A DNA stretch of 64,000 nt from positions 24,817 to 88,816 of IMG/VR virus record IMGVR_UViG_3300027759_003827; one strand, given 5' to 3'. The notes under the pieces are model-generated. The model made no database searches and was not told the DNA's origin. It was given only the letters and a program-made list of their open reading frames with translations. A program made the position numbers and the translations under genes. Origin of the DNA: a virus. Positions within the stretch are counted from its first letter, which is position 1, and the number at the start of each line of letters is the position of its first letter. Positions 54,344 through 63,491 of the stretch are shown one piece after another.

Positions 54344-56683
54344 TTAGACTACGTTTAATTGCTGTTGATTAGCATTTTTAAAGATAATTTGACCTATTTT
54401 AGCTCCATCTATATAAACATCTCCTGTACTTTTACCGTTTCCAGAAGTTACATTTGTTCCTGAAGGTGTATAAGAGGTTGAACTACTTGCAGTTGAAGAA
54501 GCTGGAGTTGATGCAGCGCTCATACCAGTGCTAGGTATTGAGGTAGTACTGCTAGGCATTGCAGTTGTTTCGCCTCCTCCTCCTGCTCCGCTAGCACCGG
54601 TATCCCCTGGAGCTCCTAAACTATCCATTCCGCTCATTGATGAATTATAGGCTAAGTACCCCATTAACGTTGCGAATGCTGCTGCACCTACTGCTATAGC
54701 GCCTGGCCCTAAATAGGCTGATCCTGCTGTTACAGAACTTGCTGCACCAGCAGCTTTTGTTGTCGCTATAGCTGTTTCCCCTGCTAAACGAGAGGCCATT
54801 GTACTAAGCTCTTGCCTACTCATTGCTAAGTTTATAGCGTTTGCTGTTTTTATAGCAAAGCTATATGATGCTGCTGCTGCTAATAGACCGACAATGCCTG
54901 CAAATACTGTTTTAAGATTTTTCATGTTAGCTAACCAATCAGCGACTTTAGTAATCATTGGAAGCAGTACAGTTGCCATTTGTGCAATAGAATTTTTAAT
55001 AGCATCCATTGTAGCAGCAAGTTTTTCTGATACTGAGGCTTGTTGTGCACTATTTACTGCTTCTTCTCCTAATGTAGCTACTATTTGCTGTCTTGTTTTG
55101 TGTTGTGCAACTAGTATATCATACTGAGTACGTAAATCAGCGCCTGCAGCTTCACCTAGTACTTTTGCTTTTTCTTGATCTCTGAACATTTCTGCAATTG
55201 AATCTCTACTCATACCTATGGCTTCCGCTTTAGCTCTCTGTGAGATAGAATCTAATTGATTCCATTTTGCATTATCGCCGATAAGTCTATTAAGCTCTAC
55301 CATTAGCCCTTTAGTATCATGAGAAAGGGCAAGCTGTCTTGCTTTAGATAACTCTAAATTTTCGCCTGTTAGTACTTCGGCTTCAAATTGCTTTTGTATA
55401 CTAGTTTCAAAATCTAAAAACTGATCTTGAGTTGCATTAATTTTATCAAGAGTAGTACCTAATGCTTTGGCTTGTATTACTGCTCCTGTTAACTCTTTAT
55501 AATTACCTCTAAAATTTTGATATACGGTTGCAGATACTTTGCCGACTTCTTCTAGTACCTGCTTTTCTGATAATTCTAATTTAACTCTTGCACCAGTTTC
55601 TTTAGTAATACCTGAGATGGTTTTATAAGTTCCCATTAGAGTATCTCCTGATTTTTTAGCAGCAAACTGTAGTAATGCCATACTTTCAGCAGAAGCGCCA
55701 GTACGTCTTTCAATTAGAGCGGTACTTAAGTTAAACTCTTGACTTTGTTTAACAATAAACCCTAACTGATTCTGTACACCTTCGTATGATTTTTCTAATT
55801 GATCGGCAGTTACACCTAATTGTAAGTTAGCTTTTGCAAGCTCTATGAAACCAGTCCTTAATTCTTTTCCTCTAGCTACACTAACTCCTAAATTTTTAGC
55901 TGTTTCAAACTGTTTAGATTCAAAGTCGGCAGCTAATTTAGCAAGAGCAATAAATCCAGTCACTATACCAGGGAGGACTGTTGTAAGGTCTGTTAAGCTA
56001 TCGCCTGCTGTTTTAAAAGTTTCTTTTATTCCAGCGCCCATTACTCCAAGCTGCCCTTTCCCTTCACCGGCTGCTTTTTGCATTTTTTCAAGAATCTTTT
56101 CTGCATTGACAAGTTGTCCTACAATAGGTACTTGTGCAAGACCTTTAAAGATTTTACCGAGATTACCCATAGAAGATTCGATCTTTCTTGCGTACATCTC
56201 TTGCTGTGCATATACTGCTAATTGTTCTTTCTGCTTTTCTTTAAGCTCTCTTGTCATCTTAAGGAAAGTGCTTGCAGAGATTAATTGGTTCTTTCGAGCA
56301 TTTTTAATATCTATCTCTGCTTGTGCAGTTCTCTTTAAAAATTCGTTTTTTTGCTTAGTTATATCTCTTTCCTTAATAGACCCGTCTGCTATAGCTATCT
56401 GTGTTTTTAAGATATCTTGGCTAGATTTAGCCATGCTCTGAAGATCTTTATTAATACCAGAAGCAACTGATTTTCCCCAATCTCTAGTCTGTCTAGCAGC
56501 ATCCGATAGGTTATCGTTAATTTCGTCTTTAAGAAGTCTGCCTATACTCTCAAAAGAATCTTTTAGTATTTCTACTGTTTCTTTTAACTGTTCAAATTTT
56601 TCATTAGTCTTTCCAGCTTCGTCAGAAGTATTTCCGCCACCACCAGTTGAAGTAGCCATGTAAAATTTACGTAGTAAGTCCAT
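54344..56683 (-). CDS. tape measure protein
   Basis: long Ala-rich helical protein after tube and chaperones; DFETSIQKQFEAEVLTG; terminal VYIDGAKIG. Confidence 0.8.
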   Translation of the reverse strand: MDLLRKFYMATSTGGGGNTSDEAGKTNEKFEQLKETVEILKDSFESIGRLLKDEINDNLSDAARQTRDWGKSVASGINKDLQSMAKSSQDILKTQIAIADGSIKERDITKQKNEFLKRTAQAEIDIKNARKNQLISASTFLKMTRELKEKQKEQLAVYAQQEMYARKIESSMGNLGKIFKGLAQVPIVGQLVNAEKILEKMQKAAGEGKGQLGVMGAGIKETFKTAGDSLTDLTTVLPGIVTGFIALAKLAADFESKQFETAKNLGVSVARGKELRTGFIELAKANLQLGVTADQLEKSYEGVQNQLGFIVKQSQEFNLSTALIERRTGASAESMALLQFAAKKSGDTLMGTYKTISGITKETGARVKLELSEKQVLEEVGKVSATVYQNFRGNYKELTGAVIQAKALGTTLDKINATQDQFLDFETSIQKQFEAEVLTGENLELSKARQLALSHDTKGLMVELNRLIGDNAKWNQLDSISQRAKAEAIGMSRDSIAEMFRDQEKAKVLGEAAGADLRTQYDILVAQHKTRQQIVATLGEEAVNSAQQASVSEKLAATMDAIKNSIAQMATVLLPMITKVADWLANMKNLKTVFAGIVGLLAAAASYSFAIKTANAINLAMSRQELSTMASRLAGETAIATTKAAGAASSVTAGSAYLGPGAIAVGAAAFATLMGYLAYNSSMSGMDSLGAPGDTGASGAGGGGETTAMPSSTTSIPSTGMSAASTPASSTASSSTSYTPSGTNVTSGNGKSTGDVYIDGAKIGQIIFKNANQQQLNVV

Positions 56684-56704
56684 GTATATAAATAGAGAAA
56701 GTGC

Positions 56705-56989
56705 CTATTTTTTAGACACTTTGCTCGTATATGTAGGTATTGCTTTAGTTGAGTTTGGAATTCCTGGTTTTGCTAGAGGTTTATTAGCTGTAACTAATTT
56801 TCCTTTGTTACTAGCTTGATCGTTTGCTTCTTGCTGTTTTTCGTAAAAATCATTCATAGTTTTATAAGTGAAATTACGTAGCCAAATAGGCATATTATAT
56901 ACAGTCTCCCAATTATAACCTCCTTTTCCGTAGAATACTATCTCATGTATTTGGGTAAAGAGAGCGGATCTATACTCCTGTGGAAGGAT
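56705..56989 (-). CDS. tail assembly chaperone C-terminal extension, probably made by frameshifting from the upstream gene
   Basis: frame is open for 32 codons before ATG 56893, back to a T7 run at 56990-56996. Confidence 0.65.
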   Translation of the reverse strand: MLPQEYRSALFTQIHEIVFYGKGGYNWETVYNMPIWLRNFTYKTMNDFYEKQQEANDQASNKGKLVTANKPLAKPGIPNSTKAIPTYTSKVSKK

Positions 56990-57734
56990 AAAAAAAGGAA
57001 GCTTCTATTGGTAGATCTACACCCTCCTGTGTGTAGCCGTCTGAACCGACAAAAGTAAAAGTTAAGTTTAGGTCTGGAGTTATTTTTCTCATATAATTTC
57101 TTAAAGCTCTAGCATCGGTAGCTAATAAGTAGGTATCTACAAACTCTCTAATGTCTTTCTTGTCTCTACTACCGTTAATTGATACGATAGATTGTTTTAG
57201 TCTTGTAGTAACGTCTGCAGATAAGTTAATTTTTTTAAGTCCCTTTAATTCAATTTCAATCTGCTTTTCATCTCTATGAGTTAGTATTTTAAAAATAATT
57301 TCGTTTTTAGACTGAGGTAAGGTGAATGTAAACTCATTTAAATTCTTACATAAATCGTAATCAACTTCTTTATTCTTTATTTCTGCAAGATCGATAGTAA
57401 TAAGCTCTTCCTCTCCTGTAATCGGATGAGGATACTTAGTTTGGTAGTCTTTACCGTAACCTAAAATACGTGCTGCAATTAAAATTGCATTTTTATCACC
57501 TACTGTTAAGTCGTCGTAGTTAATTTTAGATACAATAAGGGATTGAAATAATTTATCAAATACTACTCCTTGACGGATATAGTTTTGATTAGATAAAATA
57601 TCCTCTTCTTTAGCAGTCATGTATTTCATTTCGATTTTGCCAGAAGATAAAGGATTCTCTAAAGGATACAAAAGTCCTTTTGAAGGTAGTTCAACAGTCT
57701 CTGTAGGGAGACTCATTTTTGGTTGGTTTTCCAT
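56970..57734 (-). CDS. tail/baseplate assembly chaperone (T4 gp26-like)
   Basis: VELPSKG, MTAKEEDIL, GDKNAILIAAR..GYG, FFYP; between tube and tape measure. Confidence 0.78.
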   Translation of the reverse strand: MENQPKMSLPTETVELPSKGLLYPLENPLSSGKIEMKYMTAKEEDILSNQNYIRQGVVFDKLFQSLIVSKINYDDLTVGDKNAILIAARILGYGKDYQTKYPHPITGEEELITIDLAEIKNKEVDYDLCKNLNEFTFTLPQSKNEIIFKILTHRDEKQIEIELKGLKKINLSADVTTRLKQSIVSINGSRDKKDIREFVDTYLLATDARALRNYMRKITPDLNLTFTFVGSDGYTQEGVDLPIEASFFYPSTGV

Positions 57735-57787
57735 AATCTTAATTTAGTTATATATCAATAAATATCTAAGATATAGCTTTTTTACAT

Positions 57788-57813
57788 AAAAAAACCGCCA
57801 AAAAGGCGGCTTT
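57788..57813 (-). terminator. intrinsic terminator after tail tube gene
   Basis: GCCGCC-TTTTT-GGCGGT followed by a T run. Confidence 0.8.
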
Positions 57814-57831
57814 CTTAATATTCTTAATCGA

Positions 57832-58317
57832 TTAGTAGTTAAGGATACAATAATCCATTCCTATACCTAATTCAATTGTGATAGCGTCTTGATTAGACCA
57901 ATCGTAAGAACCAAAGTTTGATGTCTTAACGAAAGCTCCTTTGATAATCCACTCTGATACTACATCGCCTACTGGTCCTAAGATAGATAAGTTAAGGTCT
58001 TTTTTGTAGAAGTCAGAATAACCATCACGGCCAGTTACTGATTCATGTGATAAACGAATCCACTCCATTACGGCTTGTTGACCTGAAGGAGAGATTGGGT
58101 TGTATAAGTTTAAAGTCATATCTTGCCACTCAGCCTTACCCTTAATCTTACGGTAAACGTTGATATGGTCGATTTTAACTTCGTTCAAGTTGATGTTTGG
58201 TGCAGTTGCACTTTTGATCATAAATGAAGGGATACCGTCAATATACATGATGAAACGGTTCTGAACGGTTGGTTCAAAGGCCGTAAACATAATTTCATTT
58301 GGATCTAATACTGGCAT
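57832..58317 (-). CDS. tail tube protein (T4 gp19-like)
   Basis: FEP...NRF, GKAEW, W.IKGAF, YKKD. Confidence 0.88.
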   Translation of the reverse strand: MPVLDPNEIMFTAFEPTVQNRFIMYIDGIPSFMIKSATAPNINLNEVKIDHINVYRKIKGKAEWQDMTLNLYNPISPSGQQAVMEWIRLSHESVTGRDGYSDFYKKDLNLSILGPVGDVVSEWIIKGAFVKTSNFGSYDWSNQDAITIELGIGMDYCILNY

Positions 58318-58360
58318 TTTATTCTATGTTTTATATAAATATCTATTAATGCAAAACTTA

Positions 58361-59218
58361 TTAACGGCAATGATGCATGGAAACTACTGTATATTCACCT
58401 TCGTCATTATATCTACGGCATTCACCGTTTCTTACTTCGTAATGGTGCTCATATTCCTTTAAAGTATCTTCATTCGGACCGAAAGTCTTACCTGGATTTA
58501 CTGAATGTGTTTCTCCTGGTTGATTACCGCCTACTTTTCTATCCATGTGTGCAGAAGCAGCACCGCCTACAGCTTTATAAGCTTGCTTAAAACCGTCAAT
58601 ACCTTTAAGGTTATTATCTTTCATATATGCTACGATATCCTTAATGATAGCTGCTGTAAGGACTACTCCTGGAATTAAACCAACTAATGCTGCAATACCT
58701 TCGCTAGAGATTTCGTTTTGTGGACCAAAAGTTTTACTTGTATCAACACCATGTCCTTGACCAGGTGTGTTGCCTCCCATCTGTTTATCTATAGCACCGC
58801 TAAGTTTTTGAGCTGCTTTAAAACTTTTTGGGTGTTTTTTCTCCCACCACTTGTGCATTTTATCGATAGCAAGAGGTGCTAATCCAATAGCTGCCATACC
58901 TGCTGCGATAGCTTCCCAAGATGTAGCTGGATCTATTTCGTTTAATTGACCTTCTTCTGCTACATTCATCTCCATTTCTTTCATCTTCTCCATCTTCTTA
59001 GTATCTGCTTGAGCATGTACTTCTCCCATCATCGCTTCGGCGTCAGTTTTTTGAACTTCCGGAGAAGTTGCTTGAGACTTAGATTGCTTCGGTGTCTTAG
59101 GTTGTTTAACTGCTACAGTATAACCGTCGTTAGCTTTTGCTTCTTTAAGAATCTCTTTTGTCAGAGATTCAAACAATTGCTTAGATAAATGTAATCTAAC
59201 TTTTGTATTATTCTTCAT
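58361..59218 (-). CDS. probable virion (internal) protein with an internal duplication
   Basis: two copies of NEI..hydrophobic..GGNxPGxxHxVxxxKTFGP. Confidence 0.6.
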   Translation of the reverse strand: MKNNTKVRLHLSKQLFESLTKEILKEAKANDGYTVAVKQPKTPKQSKSQATSPEVQKTDAEAMMGEVHAQADTKKMEKMKEMEMNVAEEGQLNEIDPATSWEAIAAGMAAIGLAPLAIDKMHKWWEKKHPKSFKAAQKLSGAIDKQMGGNTPGQGHGVDTSKTFGPQNEISSEGIAALVGLIPGVVLTAAIIKDIVAYMKDNNLKGIDGFKQAYKAVGGAASAHMDRKVGGNQPGETHSVNPGKTFGPNEDTLKEYEHHYEVRNGECRRYNDEGEYTVVSMHHCR

Positions 59219-59240
59219 CGAGTTGTTTTTTTATTCTTTA

Positions 59241-61013
59241 TTAACCGAATGTTACTCCAGTTGGTAATACGTTGAAATCTAATTGGATGTATTCAGCTGT
59301 TCTAGTTGGCTGTAAGTAGATAGCACCTACAAGTAAGTTTCTATCGATTACATCTGGTGTGTTATTGGTTTCGTCCATTACCACTCTGAATGCATATAAA
59401 CCTTGTCTCTGTTGTACATACTCTAAGTAAGGGTTAACTTGAGATAAGAATTTATTTCTAGTTACAGCAGTATTTTGTTCAAATACTAATGTTTCTGCAA
59501 TTTGACCAATATATCCCTTCAATGCGATTAATAAACGTCTTACATTTACTCTATCTAAAGCAGAAGCTCTAGCTTGTAAAGTCTTTTGACCATATACTAC
59601 TGTACCTTGACCTGGGAATACTGCGATTGGGTTTACTTTACCTGTATATAAAGTGTTTCTTTGTGCTACTGTTAATCTTCTTTCTGGCTGGATTACTGTT
59701 GGTAAACCTCCTCTGTTAAGACCTGCAGGTGCAAACCACTCAGCAGATACTTTATCATTGTATTCATATACTCCTGGGATAATAGTAGAGGCCGGTACGA
59801 AGTTTAATCTACCTGTTTCTTGGGATCTTACTTGAACCCAAGGCCAATATGTAGCACCGTATGAATTATCGTAAGATTGAGCTCCAGTAGTTACTGCTGT
59901 AATATTTTGATTGTATCCAACCATGTCAACTACTGCAATAGCATCACCGCGGTTTTGAACCGTGCTTAATAAAGTAGATACTTGACTTGCAGCGTTCTGA
60001 TTAGTAATACCTGGTGCGTAAATTGCGTTATAAGCATAGGCATCTGAATTTGCAAGTAAGCTAATTGCGACGTCGTAGTCATTATTAACTAGACCTTGAA
60101 TATTGTTAGCAGCAGCTGTTGCAGCTACTGTTGGAATTTGTTCGAATAAATTTAATGCAACAGAAGCACTTCCGTTTGATAATAAACCTCCGTATAAAGC
60201 ACCAGTTGCACCACCAAAGCTACCGTTTGCAGATCCGCTACCGTTTAAAGGAATAGAAGCTGTATAAGCCGCATATGCTCGACCTTGCGGATCTAAGTAG
60301 TTTGGTGTTGGAAAATATACGCTAGATACTCTAATATAATTAGATCTGTTAGGGTAACTGCCTGTTATATTTAAATAAGCAGCACCGCTTTCATCATAAG
60401 CCACTCTTTGATCTTGATCTCCAATTACGTATGCAATATAGTTGTTTTGATTTGGATCTAGAGATAAATTAGTCCAGGTTTCTAATACTGTTTGTCCTTG
60501 TGTGTAATCATTTCCTTGTCTAACAAGTAGAGTAAAGTACCCTGAAGCCGAATCAGCTTGAGAGATCTGCCATCTAACGTTGTCAGCAGAACCAGAAGGT
60601 AACAAGCCGTTAGTTGCTGTAGTAGCGCCTTGGCTATTATTCATCACTGTACCTACTGATAAAGTACTTATTTGGAAAGAAGCTGAACCTAAGCTATTAA
60701 CAACTGTAGAAGAAGTAGCTGCAGTATAAGAACCACTCGCTACTCTCGTTACTAACAACGAAGTACCTCCTTGTTGGAAGTAGTTGTAAGCTGCTTGAGA
60801 AGTTAAGTACTCTTGTGTATTACCTCCAGAAATGAAAGTAGTTCCGTACTTAGCTTTATACTCTGAGTATGAAGTTACAAGGGTTGGGATATTCACTTTT
60901 CCTACTACTGTAGGGCCGATTAAAGCCGATCCTACTGTAATTGGACCTGCTGTTATTTGAGAAAGGTCGTTTTCTCTAAGGAAAACGCCAGGACTAATTA
61001 ATGCTTCTGCCAT
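59241..61013 (-). CDS. tail sheath protein
   Basis: SPGVF.RE.D, YWPW, WFAPAG.NRG, GQKTLQ, RVNVRRL, FEQN, PTRTAE. Confidence 0.96.
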   Translation of the reverse strand: MAEALISPGVFLRENDLSQITAGPITVGSALIGPTVVGKVNIPTLVTSYSEYKAKYGTTFISGGNTQEYLTSQAAYNYFQQGGTSLLVTRVASGSYTAATSSTVVNSLGSASFQISTLSVGTVMNNSQGATTATNGLLPSGSADNVRWQISQADSASGYFTLLVRQGNDYTQGQTVLETWTNLSLDPNQNNYIAYVIGDQDQRVAYDESGAAYLNITGSYPNRSNYIRVSSVYFPTPNYLDPQGRAYAAYTASIPLNGSGSANGSFGGATGALYGGLLSNGSASVALNLFEQIPTVAATAAANNIQGLVNNDYDVAISLLANSDAYAYNAIYAPGITNQNAASQVSTLLSTVQNRGDAIAVVDMVGYNQNITAVTTGAQSYDNSYGATYWPWVQVRSQETGRLNFVPASTIIPGVYEYNDKVSAEWFAPAGLNRGGLPTVIQPERRLTVAQRNTLYTGKVNPIAVFPGQGTVVYGQKTLQARASALDRVNVRRLLIALKGYIGQIAETLVFEQNTAVTRNKFLSQVNPYLEYVQQRQGLYAFRVVMDETNNTPDVIDRNLLVGAIYLQPTRTAEYIQLDFNVLPTGVTFG

Positions 61014-61034
61014 TTTATGTGTTTATTTCTGATA

Positions 61035-61042
61035 ATAAATAG
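61035..61042 (-). promoter_or_regulatory. putative phage late-promoter motif CTATTTAT ahead of sheath
   Basis: recurs at 58335, 57758, 56688, 61586 and other gene starts. Confidence 0.55.
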
Positions 61043-61066
61043 CTGGTAATGATGGCAAAACCTAAT

Positions 61067-61321
61067 TTATTGTATTGGTGTGATAACGCCGGTTTCTACG
61101 TCGATAGAACCATTACCGTACTTAGTGCCAAACCCTGTCAATAGGGCTTTTTCTTTTAAAGCGTTCTGCTTAATAATACTGTTTAAATTCTCAATCTCAA
61201 ACTCTAAAAGAGTCTTTTTGTAATTTAAATCACCTAAAACTCCGATTGTTTCGAAGATTTCTTCTCTAAGACCTTGGAACTCTTTAAGTTCTTCCTGTGT
61301 TAACGTAACTTTTTCTGACAT
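61067..61321 (-). CDS. coiled-coil phage protein
   Basis: C-terminal KYGNGSIDVETG. Confidence 0.7.
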   Translation of the reverse strand: MSEKVTLTQEELKEFQGLREEIFETIGVLGDLNYKKTLLEFEIENLNSIIKQNALKEKALLTGFGTKYGNGSIDVETGVITPIQ

Positions 61322-61322
61322 T

Positions 61323-61559
61323 TTACTTCTTTTTTGCTTGTTTAACTATTGCTTTAGCGTCTTTAGCTGCTTTTGAAGCTTTTTTCGCTACTTCATTCTT
61401 AGGAGCTACCTTTTCTACCTTTTCTACTACTTCTACTACTTCTTCAACTGCTGGAGTAATCGCTTCCTTTGCGTTTTCAATAGCTTTAGAGATCTTAGAC
61501 TTGTTTAGTAAGTAAGCAACAGCTACTGCTACTACTACAATAATGATTCCGAATAACAT
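61323..61559 (-). CDS. membrane-anchored Lys/Ala-rich protein
   Basis: N-terminal TM helix. Confidence 0.65.
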   Translation of the reverse strand: MLFGIIIVVVAVAVAYLLNKSKISKAIENAKEAITPAVEEVVEVVEKVEKVAPKNEVAKKASKAAKDAKAIVKQAKKK

Positions 61560-61622
61560 ATAATTAAATTTTGGTGTTGTATTATATAAATATATAACTA
61601 TTTTAAAGAATTAACTAACTTC

Positions 61623-62375
61623 TTACAGTATTTTATTTTCTTTTAAGAAATTATATAGGTTATTTGCATAGATTCTGTTGTGTTCAGGGCCAGGATGTGC
61701 ACCATCTGATCCATAGTCTCTATAATTCCTATAATCATCGTCAAATCGATTAGGTTCTTCTATAGCTTTATATACATGGGCTCCATTCCATACAAACGGA
61801 GTATTTTTAGTCTGTAAAAAATATTTAATCAATAAGTGGTTCTTATACCAGTTAACAGTTCCATCTTCTTTATTAGTAATATTAGATAAATGATGGTATG
61901 TCTCTCTTCCTGCGGGGTCTTCTTTAAAGTACCCCCAAGGATTCCATGCAAAAGGTTCAACTCCTCCTTCATTAGTATAGTAGTCTCTTCTATCTTGGTT
62001 TGGATACATTATTAAAACCAAGTCTGGTTTAATTAAGTCGTAATATGTTAATAAACATCTTGAAACGTAATCGCTACTTCTACCTCCGAATCCGAAGTTT
62101 AAATCTACTGCGTTAGGTATTAGTTTACAGAGTTGATGTGACCAGGTTTTATTATCATCTACTCCTACTCCTTCTGTATGTGAACAGCCTAAAGACATTA
62201 CCTTAAATCCTTCTCTAGTAGGTTCATCTCCTCTAAATCCTAAAGAGTTATAAGTGTAAGTGTTTTCTCCTGAGTTATCAGATCCTGATGTCTTATACAC
62301 TTTACTTTTTCTTGCTTCTAACTTCCACTTATAGGAAGATACTTCAAACGTATCTGGTGTCCAATATTTTATCAT
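61623..62375 (-). CDS. SGNH/GDSL hydrolase-like protein
   Basis: NSLGFRG, LGCSHTEG, DGAHP. Confidence 0.7.
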   Translation of the reverse strand: MIKYWTPDTFEVSSYKWKLEARKSKVYKTSGSDNSGENTYTYNSLGFRGDEPTREGFKVMSLGCSHTEGVGVDDNKTWSHQLCKLIPNAVDLNFGFGGRSSDYVSRCLLTYYDLIKPDLVLIMYPNQDRRDYYTNEGGVEPFAWNPWGYFKEDPAGRETYHHLSNITNKEDGTVNWYKNHLLIKYFLQTKNTPFVWNGAHVYKAIEEPNRFDDDYRNYRDYGSDGAHPGPEHNRIYANNLYNFLKENKIL

Positions 62376-62932
62376 AGTAGAGTTTTAATATTAGTTTCTA
62401 AGTTGATTCTGTACTTTTTTCCGTAGGGAAATCCTATGTTTTCTAGGCCTTCAATACTTAAATACTCTAATACTCTTTTAAAACCGCTACCGTAGTATAG
62501 TTCTTCGTAAGATACTCTAAAATAATCCTTAGCTAAATAATGTTCTTTAAAAACTCTTTTTACTTCTTTAAAAGATTTCTCTTCTTTTTCATTTTTTAAA
62601 CTACTGTACACCCATTGATCTCCCCAATTATTTTCAATAGTAGCATTTATCCATGAATCTAACTGCTCTCTTTCATTCTCTCTGTACAATAGTATTACTT
62701 TATCAGAGATTGAAATTAACTCATTAAAATGCAATCCATTACCTAAGATCTCTTTTACAAGTAAGTGTTCTGTAGAGTATTTCCACTCAGAAGGCGGCGT
62801 ACTGCCTTTGAACCATTTCATCTTTGAATTTGTCATTGGTTCAAACAGGACAGTAAAGTCTTGCTTAGAACAAAACCAATTTGCTAAATTAGTCGAACCA
62901 GATCTAGGCTCTGCTAAAATTGTTATAATCAC
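62372..62932 (-). CDS. sulfotransferase-like P-loop protein
   Basis: PRSGST, FEP, LYRE, SYEEL. Confidence 0.65.
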   Translation of the reverse strand: MIITILAEPRSGSTNLANWFCSKQDFTVLFEPMTNSKMKWFKGSTPPSEWKYSTEHLLVKEILGNGLHFNELISISDKVILLYRENEREQLDSWINATIENNWGDQWVYSSLKNEKEEKSFKEVKRVFKEHYLAKDYFRVSYEELYYGSGFKRVLEYLSIEGLENIGFPYGKKYRINLETNIKTLL

Positions 62933-63483
62933 AGTAAAGTTTTTTTATCTGAATTATTTCGTTTTAAAGTAATCCAGGTTACTAATGAAAACCTACTACC
63001 GTTTGTTATTGGTGTTACTTTGTGTAGTAAATTTGAATTAAAAATAAATAAATTTCCAATACCCTTTTCAAAAGTATATTCTAACATATTTGATTCTTTA
63101 TATAATAAATCTCCGCCTTCATAATCATTATTTAATTGTATTACAGCTGTGTAAAATCTATCTCTAAATATCTCACCATCTCCAGAATCACTATGCCAAT
63201 CATAGTGTCCTCCAATATCATATTTTATAAATTGAAATTTATTAATAGGACCTAGTTCATACCCTTTTAATTTAATTTCTTCTTTTAGTAAAGCTTCTAA
63301 CTTTGATTGCAAAATTTCATTTTCAATTCTAACTATTTTTGCGTCTCTTATTTTTTTAAGTTCTTGTAAGCTGAGATTACTTCCTATATTTCCATTTTCT
63401 AATTCTTTTTTAGAATTTTCATTAATGATAACTTCACACTCATTTTTATTTAAAAAATCTTTAAATGTTTTTATAAATTGCAT
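62929..63483 (-). CDS. 2OG-Fe(II) oxygenase (prolyl hydroxylase-like)
   Basis: WHSD, YEGG, LHKVTP..G.RFSLVTW. Confidence 0.9.
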   Translation of the reverse strand: MQFIKTFKDFLNKNECEVIINENSKKELENGNIGSNLSLQELKKIRDAKIVRIENEILQSKLEALLKEEIKLKGYELGPINKFQFIKYDIGGHYDWHSDSGDGEIFRDRFYTAVIQLNNDYEGGDLLYKESNMLEYTFEKGIGNLFIFNSNLLHKVTPITNGSRFSLVTWITLKRNNSDKKTLL

Positions 63484-63491
63484 TCTAAATT

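Noticed and set aside
323-59835. All plus-strand ORFs in the track, plus the alternate-frame minus ORFs at 16418, 16537 and 28942
   Set aside because: Short shadows of well-supported minus-strand genes, with no recognisable motifs
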